DNA from: an uncultured delta proteobacterium | GTDB taxonomy: Bacteria; Desulfobacterota; Binatia; Bin18 | Reading direction: 5' to 3' | NCBI GenBank assembly: GCA_963733195.1 | Contig: CAVTCR010000008.1 | Coordinates: 1-64,000 of the forward strand | DNA length: 64,000 nt | Shown here: in pieces, positions 38,995 through 50,277 of the stretch | Numbering within the stretch: the stretch's first letter is position 1 | Layout of the letters: every line of letters begins with the position of its first letter | The notes under the pieces: generated by a model | Databases searched by the model: none | What the model was told of the DNA's origin: nothing | Seen by the model: the letters and a program-made list of their open reading frames with translations, nothing else | Position numbers and translations under genes: made by a program

Positions 38995-41040
38995 TTATTT
39001 CCCTTGGGCAATATCGCGTGTTTCAGCTTCTTCGTAGAGAAAACAGGCTGCGGAATGGGAAGTCGAGAGTGGGAATGTTGGTGGGTATTGCTGTCGGCAT
39101 TGAGGCATAACATGCGGGCAGCGTGGATGAAAGTGACAACCAGACGGTGGATTCACTGGTGAGGGAATATCTCCGGTCAAGTGAATCTTCTCGGCTTTTG
39201 TCTGTGGGTCGATTTTTGGAACTGCTGACGAGCAACGCTTGTGTGTACGGATGGCGCGGATTGGCGAAAACCTCCTCAGTAGGCCCGTACTCAACGATGC
39301 GCCCGAGGTACATGACCGCGACTTCATCCGCAAGATATTCGACAACTCCGAGATTGTGAGTAATAAAAAGATAGGTCAGTCCCAAGTCGGCTTGCAGTTT
39401 TTCTAGCAAGTTCACAATCTGCGCCTGTACTGACACATCAAGGGCGCTGGTCGCTTCATCGCAGACAATAAATTCCGGTTCCACCGCTAAACAGCGGGCG
39501 ATACCGATCCGTTGCCGCTGGCCGCCAGAAAACTCGTGCGGGTAGCGATAGATCACATTCGGATCAAGACCGACCTGCATAAGGATGATCTTTGGCGCGT
39601 TGCTCGCGTTCGTGCCGGTTGTGGCCAATACCATGCGCCGCCATTCCTTCCGTGACGATCTCGCCCACCATCATGCGCGGATTCAAGGCAGAGTACGGAT
39701 CCTGGAAAATCACTTGCAGGCGACGGCGGTAGGGCAGGAGTGCGTTACGATCAAGCGCGGTAAGGTCTTGCCCGGCAAACAGCACCCGACCCGCGGTCGG
39801 ACGAATCAGTTGCAGGAGTGCTTTCCCGAGTGTCGTCTTGCCACAACCCGACTCACCAACTACGGCCAGAGTTTGCCCTTTGCGGATTTCCAGATCGATG
39901 CCGTCTACCGCCTTGACGTAACCAACAGTTCTCTTCAACACTCCCTTACGAATCGGAAAGTGAACTTTGATGCCTTCGAGCCGGATCAACGGAGTGGCCT
40001 GAGCTTGACCGGGCACCCGCGGACGTGGCGGCGGTGGAGTACGAACTTCAACCGGCTCGACTTTTCGTCCCTGTAGTTGTTCATCATAAAGTACACAGGC
40101 TGCCGAGTGCTCTTCTTCAATAGGCAATAACTTTGGGTCTATTGAGTGGCAGATCTCTTGTACCATGTGACAACGATCAGCAAAGCGGCAGCCCGATGGG
40201 TAACGGTGCGGAGCAGGCACTTGCCCCTCAATTGTTTGCAGAGCCTGATGGCGTTGCTCACCTGAAGGGAGAGATTGTAAGAGTTTGACCGTGTACGGGT
40301 GGGCGGGGTTAAACAAGATCTGCGAGCGTGTCGCCATTTCGACTATACGTCCCGCGTACATCACCGCAACCCGATGCGCGGTCTCGGCAACAATTCCGAG
40401 ATCGTGTGTGATAAGAAGGATCGCCGTTCCTTTCTTCTGTTGCAACTCTTTCATTAACGTAAGGATCTGCTGCCTGAATAGTGACATCGAGTGCGGTGGT
40501 GGGTTCATCGGCGATCAACAGCTTCGGCTCACAGGCGAGGGCAATCGCAATCATCACTCGTTGTTTCATCCCACCCGAGAGTTGATGTGGATACTCATGA
40601 AAGCGTTGCTCGGGATCGGGGATGTGTACTTGCTCTAAGAGGGCGATAGCTTTTTTATGGGCCTCGGCGCGGCCGAGGTTCTGATGATGCACCAAGGGTT
40701 CCATGACCTGAAAACCGACGGTAAGCACGGGATTCAGCGAGGTCATCGGTTCCTGGAAGATCATCGACATTTCACTCCCGCGCAATTTCCGCTTCTCTGT
40801 TTCCGAGAGTCGCAGGACGTCTCGCCCTTGGAATTCGATCGATCCGCCGGCGTAATGGCCCGCCGGCTGTGGCACCAGCTGCATGATCGAGAGAGCAGTC
40901 ACGCTCTTTCCTGACCCAGACTCACCGACGATTGCAACAGTTTCCCCTTCAGCAACATCGAAGGACACGCCGTCCACTGCGCGTGCGGTACCCTCTCTGG
41001 TGTGAAAGTAGGTTTTTAGATCGCGGACACGTAGCAACAT
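38995..41040 (-). CDS. Oligopeptide/dipeptide ABC transporter, fused double ATP-binding protein (OppD-OppF-like); several frameshifts
   Basis: GESGSGKS / [12 protein letters not shown] / DEPTTALD and GESGCGKT / [12 protein letters not shown] / DEATSALD; Cys-rich C-terminal domains. Confidence 0.9.
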
Positions 41041-41044
41041 AGAC

Positions 41045-42397
41045 TCACCGAGTTCGCAGGCGAGGATCAAGGGCATCGCGCACAGCATCGCCAAACAGGT
41101 TCGCCGGAAGGACGAGGCCAAGCATAAAGATAAAAGCGGCAAACAGGTTCCACCAGACGACCGGCTCGCGAGCCAGCTCCAAACGGGCTTGGTTGATCAT
41201 GTTTCCCCACGATTGCGTGGAAGGATCTACGCCAATGCCGACATACGCCAGCACCGCTTCGGCGAGAACCAGACCACTAAACCGTAAGACGATGGAAATC
41301 AACACAATGTGAAGGACATTAGGGATGAGATGGCGCAGCATAATGCGTAAGCGACTGACACCTAAGGCGTCGGCAGCTTGAACATACTCCACCTCCCGCA
41401 GCTTCAAGACTTCAGCGCGCAACAGCCGACACAGCCCAGTCCAGGAAGTAATGCCCATGATCACACAGAGATACACTAGCCGTTTATCCGCCGAGATAAT
41501 CGTCTCTTCCTCGGTCAGACCCGACCTGGAAAATCAGCATGGCTGCGGCGATCAGCAAGATCTCAGGGATCGAATCGAGGGTAGAATAGACATACTGAAT
41601 AACATCATCCACCCACCCGCCAAAGTACCCGGCGAGCACACCACACAAAATAGCAAAGGGAGTCACAATAAGTGTTGTTAAGATGCCGATAATGAGGCCG
41701 GTGCGCACACTCTTGAGTGCGATGTAAAAGACATCACGCCCAGTCTTGTCCGTCCCGAGAATGTGATACCCCTGGCTCAGCACTGTGGCTTCAGCAACGA
41801 AGACGGCTACGAGCAACAAAAACACACCGGTCCAAAATCGCTTGCCGATACTCCAGGCGATGAGAAACAATAGCGCACCGACGCCGAGTCCCCACGCGAG
41901 GCCAACCAGAGAGCTGAGAGCTAATGTCACTCTGGCGAGTTGTCGGGATCCTGCAAATGACTCCCAGCATACTGCAAGCGTGGATACTCGCGGACTTGGC
42001 GGCCGTCTGAAAGGACGACGGTTTCTTTAGAAAAAAGGTGGACCGCGAACGGTGCGGAGTAGGTTTTCTCCCGCTGGTCAATCAATCGCTGACAGAACAA
42101 ATCGAGAACGCTTTGAATGCTGCCGCCGTTAGGAGTCTGCGGCGAGACTGGGCGAAAGTGCAGCGTGTCGAGAAAACCGATGGTGCTGTAGCAGCAGAGG
42201 ATGCCAAAACAAACCATCGCGATACGGTTGGCTGCAACTTGTCGCATCGCCACCCGCCAGTCCTCGCGACGCAGCGCAAATCCGAGCCAGAGTCCTCCGC
42301 CAAGCACGAGGAAGTAGATGAGCAGATCGCTCCATAACAGTACCGGCCGAAAGCCGAGCGTGGCCCACACATTTTGCAGCGTTCCGCCCATGCTCAC
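41045..42397 (-). CDS. Oligopeptide ABC permease (OppC/DppC-like), frameshifted
   Basis: [31 protein letters not shown]...[17 protein letters not shown] across three ORF pieces. Confidence 0.88.
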
Positions 42398-43719
42398 TCC
42401 AGCCGTACCCGCGGATCGACCAACGTATAACTGATGTCCGTCAACAAAAGCCCCACGACATAGAGAAATGAGCCCAGTGACACCATGGCTTGCACCACGG
42501 CAAAGTCTTGGCGTTGGATGGCATCGATCATAAACGATCCCATCCCCGGGATCGCAAAAAACGATTCGAGTAAGAGACTGCCGGTAAATAAAAATGGTAG
42601 CGATACGACGAGGCCGGTGAGAATTGGGATCATCGCATTCTTGAGCGTATGGACGAACAACACCACGCGCTCCGGGAGTCCTTTGGCCCGTGCCGTACGC
42701 ACATAGTCTTTATTGATCTCTTCGAGAAAAATCGTGCGATGAAAGCGGACGCTACCTCCCAATCCGGCGATGACGGCGATCGCGACCGGGAGCGCAATAA
42801 ACTTGACGGCGTGCACGCCGTAGTCAAATCCGGAGATTGGCACGAGCCGTAAATCCTTGGCGAAAATGGCTTGCCCGCCGATAATATAGAACAGGGCCGA
42901 AATCGACATGAGGAGAACACAGAGTGTGACGCCCCAATAATCGAGATAGGTGCCGCGATACACCGCCAGCATCATTGCGAAGACAATGTCGATCAACAGT
43001 CCCAACAATAACACCGGAATGGAAATGCTTAGGCTCGGGCCGATGCGCCGGAAGACCTCTTTACTAATCTCCTTTCCGTCATCCGACTTTCCGTACTGAA
43101 AAAACAGCATGCGCAGCGAGCGCTGGAAGAAGATCGTCTGCGTGAAGCGAGAGAGGAAGGAGATTGGTCCCTGATACTCTATGACGGCACGCTGGGTTGG
43201 GGCGGGCGTGTCTACGGTGAACGAAAGCGTCACCGTCGGTGGTGCTGTTTCTGGCGTTTGTCCGGGGGTGATCTGGAATGAAAAGCGCCGAGTGGTTGTC
43301 GTAGCAGGAAGTGTAAGTTTACCGTCGGCGTCGAAGCCGTCGGGTAACACTAGTCGTTCGGGTGGATTGCTCTGGAGGCGAATCGTGCGTGGTTGAGCAT
43401 CTTTACTGGTTGGCGGGGCTTCGACCGTCAGTGCGTAATTGCCCGCTCCGGCAGTCGGAAAGGTTGCCGCATTCTCTGTTTTAGTGGCAACGAGCGAACC
43501 CAGCCGACGCCAGCCGGTATTGTAGAAGTAGGGCAAATCTAAAGAATGCTCGCGTTTCCATTGGTCAATCTGTTCAGGAGTCACGCGCTTCTGCCCAAGA
43601 TGCGTGCGGGCCATGTTGTCCGGCGAGTTGACAAAAAAGAACAACAGAAAGACGAGCACGTTGACGCCGAGCAGAATCGGAATCGCGTAGAGGGAGCGGC
43701 GGATAATATAGGCGATCAT
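42394..43719 (-). CDS. Oligopeptide ABC permease (OppB/DppB-like) with large insertion
   Basis: MIAYIIRR, DYVRTARAKGL, HTLKNAMIP, DISYTLVDPRVR. Confidence 0.92.
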   Translation of the reverse strand: MIAYIIRRSLYAIPILLGVNVLVFLLFFFVNSPDNMARTHLGQKRVTPEQIDQWKREHSLDLPYFYNTGWRRLGSLVATKTENAATFPTAGAGNYALTVEAPPTSKDAQPRTIRLQSNPPERLVLPDGFDADGKLTLPATTTTRRFSFQITPGQTPETAPPTVTLSFTVDTPAPTQRAVIEYQGPISFLSRFTQTIFFQRSLRMLFFQYGKSDDGKEISKEVFRRIGPSLSISIPVLLLGLLIDIVFAMMLAVYRGTYLDYWGVTLCVLLMSISALFYIIGGQAIFAKDLRLVPISGFDYGVHAVKFIALPVAIAVIAGLGGSVRFHRTIFLEEINKDYVRTARAKGLPERVVLFVHTLKNAMIPILTGLVVSLPFLFTGSLLLESFFAIPGMGSFMIDAIQRQDFAVVQAMVSLGSFLYVVGLLLTDISYTLVDPRVRLE

Positions 43720-45967
43720 ACCCGTGTCGCTCCGCGTTCGCGTCGATAAAGGGAAATGGTTGCCGGGATTGCACTGAGGAGGGCGATTGCCAACGCGACC
43801 CACAGGGGTGTGGTGACGGGTTCGTTCCAGGCAAGGCGCCGCTCGTGTCGAAGCGTTGCGTCGATGCGCTTATACTTGAGCGTATTGCGACCGAAGGCCA
43901 TCGGCTTCGCGTTGTGATACCAGGCGTGATACAAGCCGAAACCAACCGGATGATAGCCCCAGATCCACGGCGAATCCTCGCGCGCAATAGTCACCATCTC
44001 CTGAATGAGCATTGCACGCTCGGGAGAATTGGCCATGTTCTCGACCTGACGGAACAGGGCGTCGAAGCGGGGATTTTCGTAGTTCGCCGCGTTTTCGCCC
44101 TGCGCTTTGACTTTGCCGTTAGGACCGTAGAGGAGGAAGAGGAAATTCTCCGGGTCCGGATAATCGGCGTTCCATCCCCACTGTAAAATTTGATAGTTCC
44201 CTTTGAGCACCTTTTCCTGGAAACGGTTATAATCTGTGGCGCGAATCTGTAACTGAATATCAAGCGCGGCAAACTGTTTGCGCAGCCAATCGAGTTGCGG
44301 TGCCGCGGCGGCACCTACCGCGGCCGTGTCGAAGAACAACACTAACGGTTTGCCACTGGTGTCTTTCCCGCCGGGATAACCGGCCTCGGCGAGAAGCTGT
44401 TTCGCCTGTTCCAGGCGCTTACGGCGCGGTCGCTGTTGCTGTTCGTCCCATTCATAGACGACGGGATCGATACCGTCCTTTCCTTCTTGATGGCCAAAAA
44501 TGGTAGGAGGGATTGGTCCCTGCGCTGCTAGTCCACGTCCATTGGCAAAGATCTGCAAAAACTCTTCCTGGTTCAGCGCGATCGCGATCGCTTGGCGCAG
44601 CTTGCGTTTCTTCTCATCGTAGCCGCCGACGACTTCATCAAGCATATTGAACGCATAGTAGTGGGTCGATGGCGACAGTGCGGTTAGCAGGCGGACATTT
44701 TTTTCCTGCAGCGCCGGAGTGAGTTCCGTTTCACCAGTCGAGGTAATCTGAACGGCTTGATCGAACACGTCAGAACTAATCCCAGAATTGTCATAATAGC
44801 CTTGGAGAAACTTATTCCACTGTGAGATGCCTTCTTTTTCTAGCACGTACACGGCTTCTTCGAGGAAAGGGAGGGGTTTGCCGCGATCAGCCAGCAGGCC
44901 GCGAGCCTCATCAGTTGGCTCGCCTTCGTCAGGATAGGTTTCGCCGCGAAAATTGGGATTGCGACGGAGGACCATGCGGAAATTCGGCTGGTTCACTGCC
45001 AGTGTGAATGGGCCGGTACCGACGGGGAAACGATCGAGGGTGATATTTTGCTCGCGGGCAGCGGCTTGCGTGTAAAAGCGATCCACTTCCCACGGCACCG
45101 GGGCAAAGAACGACATGGCTAACCAATAGACGAACTGCGGATATTTCCGCTTCAGGGTAATACGAAAGGTCAGTGGATCGACGACCTGTGCTCCAGGAAG
45201 ATCAAACTGACGCAGGTCGAGATAGATCGGGTTCGCGCGTTCGTCGGCATCCTGGTTATAGAATACACCCGCGGCTTGGCGCCGCTCCGCACGAATCTTG
45301 GCAATCGCCTCCTCTAACAATCTGTGAAACTCGGCAAACCCCTCGATGTAGTTACTCAAGAGTGGCGCGATCGGGCAATCAAGCAGAGGATGGGCCAGGC
45401 GTTTGATCTCATAGACATAGTCTTCCGCTCGCAGTTCGCGAGTGCCTGTTTCCGGCAAGTCCGTCGGATGCTCGATTACAGGGAAAGAATCTCCTGCTTG
45501 CAAATGCCAACGATACTTGCCGTCGGCGGTCTGCGTGAATGCCGGGTGGTCTTGGTAACGAATGCCGGGGCGAAGGGCAATTTCATACACCGCTTTCGCA
45601 ACGGTGTCCGCCGGAGCATCCGTGGAAGGAGGTTCCCGTTACCGTCATAGAGTTTCGCTTCGGGAACCGTTGTTGCTGTAAGGGGGGTGAGGACGTAGGG
45701 GCGTTTGAGGAAATGGTACTGCACGACCGTTTCATAAATCTGATTCATAAACTCGGCTTCGTCTTCGGAATAGGCACGCGCAGGGTCGAGATGTTTTGGC
45801 TCACCAGAGAATGTATCGTAATAGATGTTGCGACCGGTTTCGTTGGGGCGATACGGATTGTTGGTACAAGCAGCGAAGTGAACGAGAAGCGTAAGAAGGG
45901 CACAGTGCAGGAAGTGTGTCCTTTGCTCCAACGTGACCGTGAGTGTCCGCAGACGGTGACGATGCAT
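43716..45967 (-). CDS. Oligopeptide ABC substrate-binding lipoprotein (family 5), frameshift near 45610
   Basis: Lipobox FAAC, PKHLDPA, PVGTGPF, KLRQAIAIA, GWNADYPDPENFL; extra C-terminal TM helix. Confidence 0.9.
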
Positions 45968-46160
45968 GAGTTGTTTCTGTGTATCGTAAACTACCGCGGG
46001 CGGGCAATCCCGCTCCTTCAGTGGAGTACCGAGTGACGAGCACCGAGTACGGAGCGTTTATAACATTACCTTTCTCTTTCTCATTACTCGTCACACATTA
46101 CTCATTACTTTATCCGTGAGCTTGTGTATGATGTCACTACTTTCTCCGAAGGAGACGCAC

Positions 46161-47085
46161 ATGGCAGAGAGAGTATGACATTATCATCGTCGGTGGCGGT
46201 GCTGCTGGGTTCACGGCTGGACTCTATGCTGCCCGTGACCGTTGTAAAGCCCTCGTGCTTGAGCGCTTCTCTGCCGGCGGACAAGTGTTGAACTGCGAAC
46301 ATATCGAAAACTATCCTGGCTTCCCGGATGGTGTTGCAGGCTATTCGCTTGGTCCGATGCTGCAGCAGCAGGCAACCAATATGGGCGTCGAGATGAAACT
46401 TGCAGAAGTGCAAAGCCTTCGTCTCGACGGGAGCACAAAGGTTCTGCAAACCGACGATGGTGAATTTCGCGCTAAAGCCTTAATCGTTGCCTGCGGTTCC
46501 AGCTTCACCAAACTTGGTATTCCGGGAGAGGAAGAGTTTGTTGGTCGTGGAGTGTCGCACTGCGCATCGTGTGACGGCTCGTTTTTTATGAACGAACCGG
46601 TTGCAGTGATTGGCGGCGGTGATGCTGCCCTGGATGAGGGTATCCATCTCGCACAGTATGTATCGCAGGTCACGGTCATTCACCGTCGTGATCAGTTGCG
46701 TGCCTGCACGATGCTGCAAGAACGTGCTCGTGCCAATGAGAAGTTACAGTTCCGTTGGAACACCGTGGTCCGTGCTATTGAAGGGAGCGAGGGAGTGCAG
46801 CGGCTCCAACTTGAAGATGTAAAGACCGGTGAACATTCCCAATTGGAGGTCACCGGGGCGTTTATTTTTGCCGGTCTGACGCCGAACACGGAGTTTCTGA
46901 AGGGCCGAGTTCCGCTCTCTGAAAGTGGACAGGTTGTGACCGATCTCTGGATGCGTACTGCTGTCCCAGGCATCTTTGCAGCAGGTGATGTGCGCGTCGA
47001 TTCTTCCCGGCAACTGATCTCCGCGGCTGGAGATGGAGCAACGGCTGCATTAGCGGCAATTCGTTACGTGCGGACAGGTGAGTGA
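46161..47085 (+). CDS. trxB: Thioredoxin-disulfide reductase (frameshift in GA repeat just after start)
   Basis: YDIIIVGGGAAG, IENYPGF, GVSHCASCDG, VIGGGDAA, FAAGDV. Confidence 0.93.
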
Positions 47086-47136
47086 GGCTTTGTAAGGGGA
47101 GGTTTTTCACCGAGTAAAAAACGGACCGTTAGTTTC

Positions 47137-47193
47137 CTGGGAGCGCGACCGTTTCGGTCGCTTTTAACGAAGGCGAGATGCCTGTGCTCCCAG
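47137..47193. repeat. REP-like palindrome
   Basis: CTGGGAGC...GCTCCCAG outer stem with internal GCGACCG-ttt-CGGTCGC hairpin. Confidence 0.6.
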
Positions 47194-47270
47194 ACCTCAT
47201 ACTGAGGATGCCCCAATATCATAACGGAGCTTCAGCCTCTGGATGATAGCTTTCATTCAAGGAGGTACGC

Positions 47271-48551
47271 ATGCGCCTGGCAGTCTTAGCTATGGTCGCT
47301 ATCATGGCGTGCTGCACAGTTGCGTGCCGTAACGATCTGCAACAAGGCACTGTCATCACTTTCCCAGGGAGTGCAGTGGGCGCTGAGGCGGATGTGCTCC
47401 GCCGCCAGCTTACTCGCTTTATGGCGGATCATCCGGAGATTATCGTGGTCCAGCGCACAACCCCGGACGCGGCTGACCAGCGCCATCAGCTCTATGTGCA
47501 GTGGCTCAACGCGGGTGCGGACGATCCTGATATTTTGCAGCTTGACATTATCTGGACAGCGGAGTTTGCGGCGGCTGGCTGGCTCTTACCTTTAGATTCT
47601 TTTGCGCCCGACCTCGCCAGTTTCTTTCCTGTCACGGTCGCCGCCAACCGCTGGGAGGGAAAGCTCTACGCACTCCCATGGTTTGTCGATGTTGGGATGC
47701 TCTATTGGCGCACGGACTTGCTCGATCGCCCTCCTCTGAGCTTTGCCGAGCTTGCCCGTCAGGCAACCGAGGCACAGGTGCGGACAGGACTCCCGTTTGG
47801 CTTTGTCTGGCAGGGAGCCCGCTATGAAGGGCTGGTTACCGTCTTTCTCGAGCACCTCGGGGGTTTTGGCGGGCGCATTTTTGACGACGCTGGCCGTGTG
47901 GTGGTTGATGCAACCCCTGCAGTCCGCGCCCTCACCTACATGCGAGACTCTATCTATCAGAGTGGCGTTGTTCCCCAGGCTACGCTCACTTGGCAAGAAG
48001 AGCAGACGCGCTTTGCGTTCCAGAATGGACAAGCTGTTTTCATGCGGAATTGGCCATACGCGGCTGCACTCTTGCAAGATCGTGCCGAGTCACAAGTGGC
48101 CGGCAGGTTCGCGGTTGCTCCTATGCCTGCTTCGCTGGGCGGCTCACCAACAGCAGTGTTGGGTGGGTCTCAACTCGCAATCAACGCGAACAGTAACCAT
48201 CCCCACGCCGCGTACGCGGTCATTACATACCTCCTGCAACCGGAACAGATGCGTGAGCGTGCCCAAGTCGTCGGCCAGTACCCACCACGCGTCACCTTGT
48301 ACCAAGACAACGCCCTTACTAACGCGCTCGCAGTTCCACCTGAACAGGTACGTCGTGTGATCGAGCGAGCAGTACCGCGCCCAATCACGCCAGTATACGC
48401 TGAACTCTCAGAGATTTTGCAGATTCGACTGCATCGTGCCCTGACACGACAGCAGGAACCAGCAGATGCTCTTGCGGATGCAGCCAGAGCAATGCGTGAA
48501 CTTCTGGAAAAGGTCGGCCTTGCTTCAGGAACGTATGATGAGCAGCGGTAG
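47271..48551 (+). CDS. Sugar ABC transporter substrate-binding lipoprotein (trehalose/maltose type)
   Basis: Lipobox VAC; DIIWTAEFA, WQGARYEGL, FMRNWPY, PRPITPVYAELS. Confidence 0.9.
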   Translation: MRLAVLAMVAIMACCTVACRNDLQQGTVITFPGSAVGAEADVLRRQLTRFMADHPEIIVVQRTTPDAADQRHQLYVQWLNAGADDPDILQLDIIWTAEFAAAGWLLPLDSFAPDLASFFPVTVAANRWEGKLYALPWFVDVGMLYWRTDLLDRPPLSFAELARQATEAQVRTGLPFGFVWQGARYEGLVTVFLEHLGGFGGRIFDDAGRVVVDATPAVRALTYMRDSIYQSGVVPQATLTWQEEQTRFAFQNGQAVFMRNWPYAAALLQDRAESQVAGRFAVAPMPASLGGSPTAVLGGSQLAINANSNHPHAAYAVITYLLQPEQMRERAQVVGQYPPRVTLYQDNALTNALAVPPEQVRRVIERAVPRPITPVYAELSEILQIRLHRALTRQQEPADALADAARAMRELLEKVGLASGTYDEQR

Positions 48552-49455
48552 GAAGACGATCGAGATGCAACGGAGCGAGCACCAATTCGCATGGCTCCTG
48601 GTGTTACCGGCGCTGGGCACGATTGTGCTGATCGCGTTCTTCCCTCTGCTGTGGACGGTCTGGGATTCGTTCCACGTCCACGACCTGCGCATGCCGTGGC
48701 GCGGCCAGCCCTTTATCTGGTTCACGAATTACACCGAAGCACTCACAGACGCGCGATTCTGGGAGGCAGTCGCTCATACGGTGTTCTTTACCCTGAGTAG
48801 TGTGACTGTGGAACTTGTTTTGGGGCTTCTCCTGGCCCTTGCACTTCATCACTCTTACCACGGACGCGGCCTCGTGCGTGCAGCGGTGTTATTGCCGTGG
48901 GCGATCCCGACGGTAGTCACGGCGCTCGTGTGGAGGTTTATGTTCGAAAGCCCTTCCGGCATCGTCAACGCCGTGCTGATAGACATGGGTCTGGGGGCTG
49001 AGCCCATAGTCTGGTTCATCCACACTACGACAGCGTGGGTCCCAATCATCCTGGCTGATGTATGGAAGACTACGCCGTTTGTCGCGTTGCTGCTGCTGGC
49101 CGGGCTGCAAAACATTGATCCCTCACTCTACGAGGCAGCACGGGTTGACGGAGCACGCCCCTGGCGGCAATTCATCCACATCACACTTCCTCTCTTACAG
49201 CCGGCCCTGTTAGTCGCGCTCATTTTCCGCACGCTTGACGCCTTCCGCGTGTTCGATTTGATTTATGTGATGACTGGCGGCGGCCCAGGCACGGCAACCG
49301 AACCGATCGCGCTCTATACGTTCAACGTGCTCTTCCAAAACCTCCGTTTCGGCTTTGGTGCGGCGCTCTCGGTCTTGATCTTCCTGGTAACTTTCGCGTT
49401 GGCGCTGCTTTACATCCGCGTGCTCGGCCGAGATGTCATAGGGTCGTCACCATGA
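48538..49455 (+). CDS. Sugar ABC permease (MalF-like)
   Basis: LLPWAIPTVV, ADVWKTTPF, LYEAARVDGA, FRTLDAFRVFD. Confidence 0.93.
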   Translation: MSSGRKTIEMQRSEHQFAWLLVLPALGTIVLIAFFPLLWTVWDSFHVHDLRMPWRGQPFIWFTNYTEALTDARFWEAVAHTVFFTLSSVTVELVLGLLLALALHHSYHGRGLVRAAVLLPWAIPTVVTALVWRFMFESPSGIVNAVLIDMGLGAEPIVWFIHTTTAWVPIILADVWKTTPFVALLLLAGLQNIDPSLYEAARVDGARPWRQFIHITLPLLQPALLVALIFRTLDAFRVFDLIYVMTGGGPGTATEPIALYTFNVLFQNLRFGFGAALSVLIFLVTFALALLYIRVLGRDVIGSSP

Positions 49456-50274
49456 AACGCTGGACACGGTGGAGTGTCATCGCCGGCATGGGGATCATAG
49501 TAGCCGCTATGATCTTGCCGTTGTATTGGGCAATTGTTGCGTCCCTCACACCCGAGACCCAGCTTTTTGCAGCTCCCTCTCTTTTTCCTGCGACCCTCGT
49601 GTTGGACCACTACTCGCGCGCTGTTTGCCGAACGGAATTTCTGGGTCCCTATCCGCAACTCACTCATCGTCGCCAGCACCACTACCGTCTTCTGTGTCGT
49701 GCTTGGCGCCCCGTGCGCTTATGCTCTCGCTCGCTTGCGGTTTCGCTGGAACGCCCAGATTCTGGGAGTGATCCTTGCAGTAACCATGTTTCCGCAAATT
49801 GCGATCGTGTCACCGCTTTACCTCCTACTGAGAGCGTTGCACCTCATCAACACGTATCCAGGCTTGATTCTCCCTTATCTGACCTTCGCTATGCCGCTGA
49901 CCGTGTGGTTGCTGGTTGGCTTCTTCCGTCAACTCCCACGAGAACTCGAGGAAGCAGCAATGGTAGATGGTGCAAGTCGGTTGCGCGCGTTCTGGGAGAT
50001 TATCCTTCCTCTCTCACTGCCAGGATTGGCAACCACCGCGATTCTCACGTTCATTTACTGTTGGAACGAGTTCCTTTTTGCGTTGGCGTTTACGCTTGGT
50101 CCCGAACGACAGACGGTACCCGTCGCGCTCGCTCTTTTTCGTGGTCAGTACCAGGTGCCATGGGGTCAGATTCTCGCTGCGGCTACAATCGCTACTATTC
50201 CAGTCGCCGGGTTGATCTTGCTCTGCCAGCGACAGATCGTACACGGGCTGGTCGCCGGGGCAGTGAAAGGGTGA
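49452..50274 (+). CDS. Sugar ABC permease (MalG-like), frameshift near 49615
   Basis: NSLIVA, MFPQIAIVSPL, ELEEAAMVDG, WNEFLFA, GLVAGAVKG. Confidence 0.9.
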
Positions 50275-50277
50275 GCA

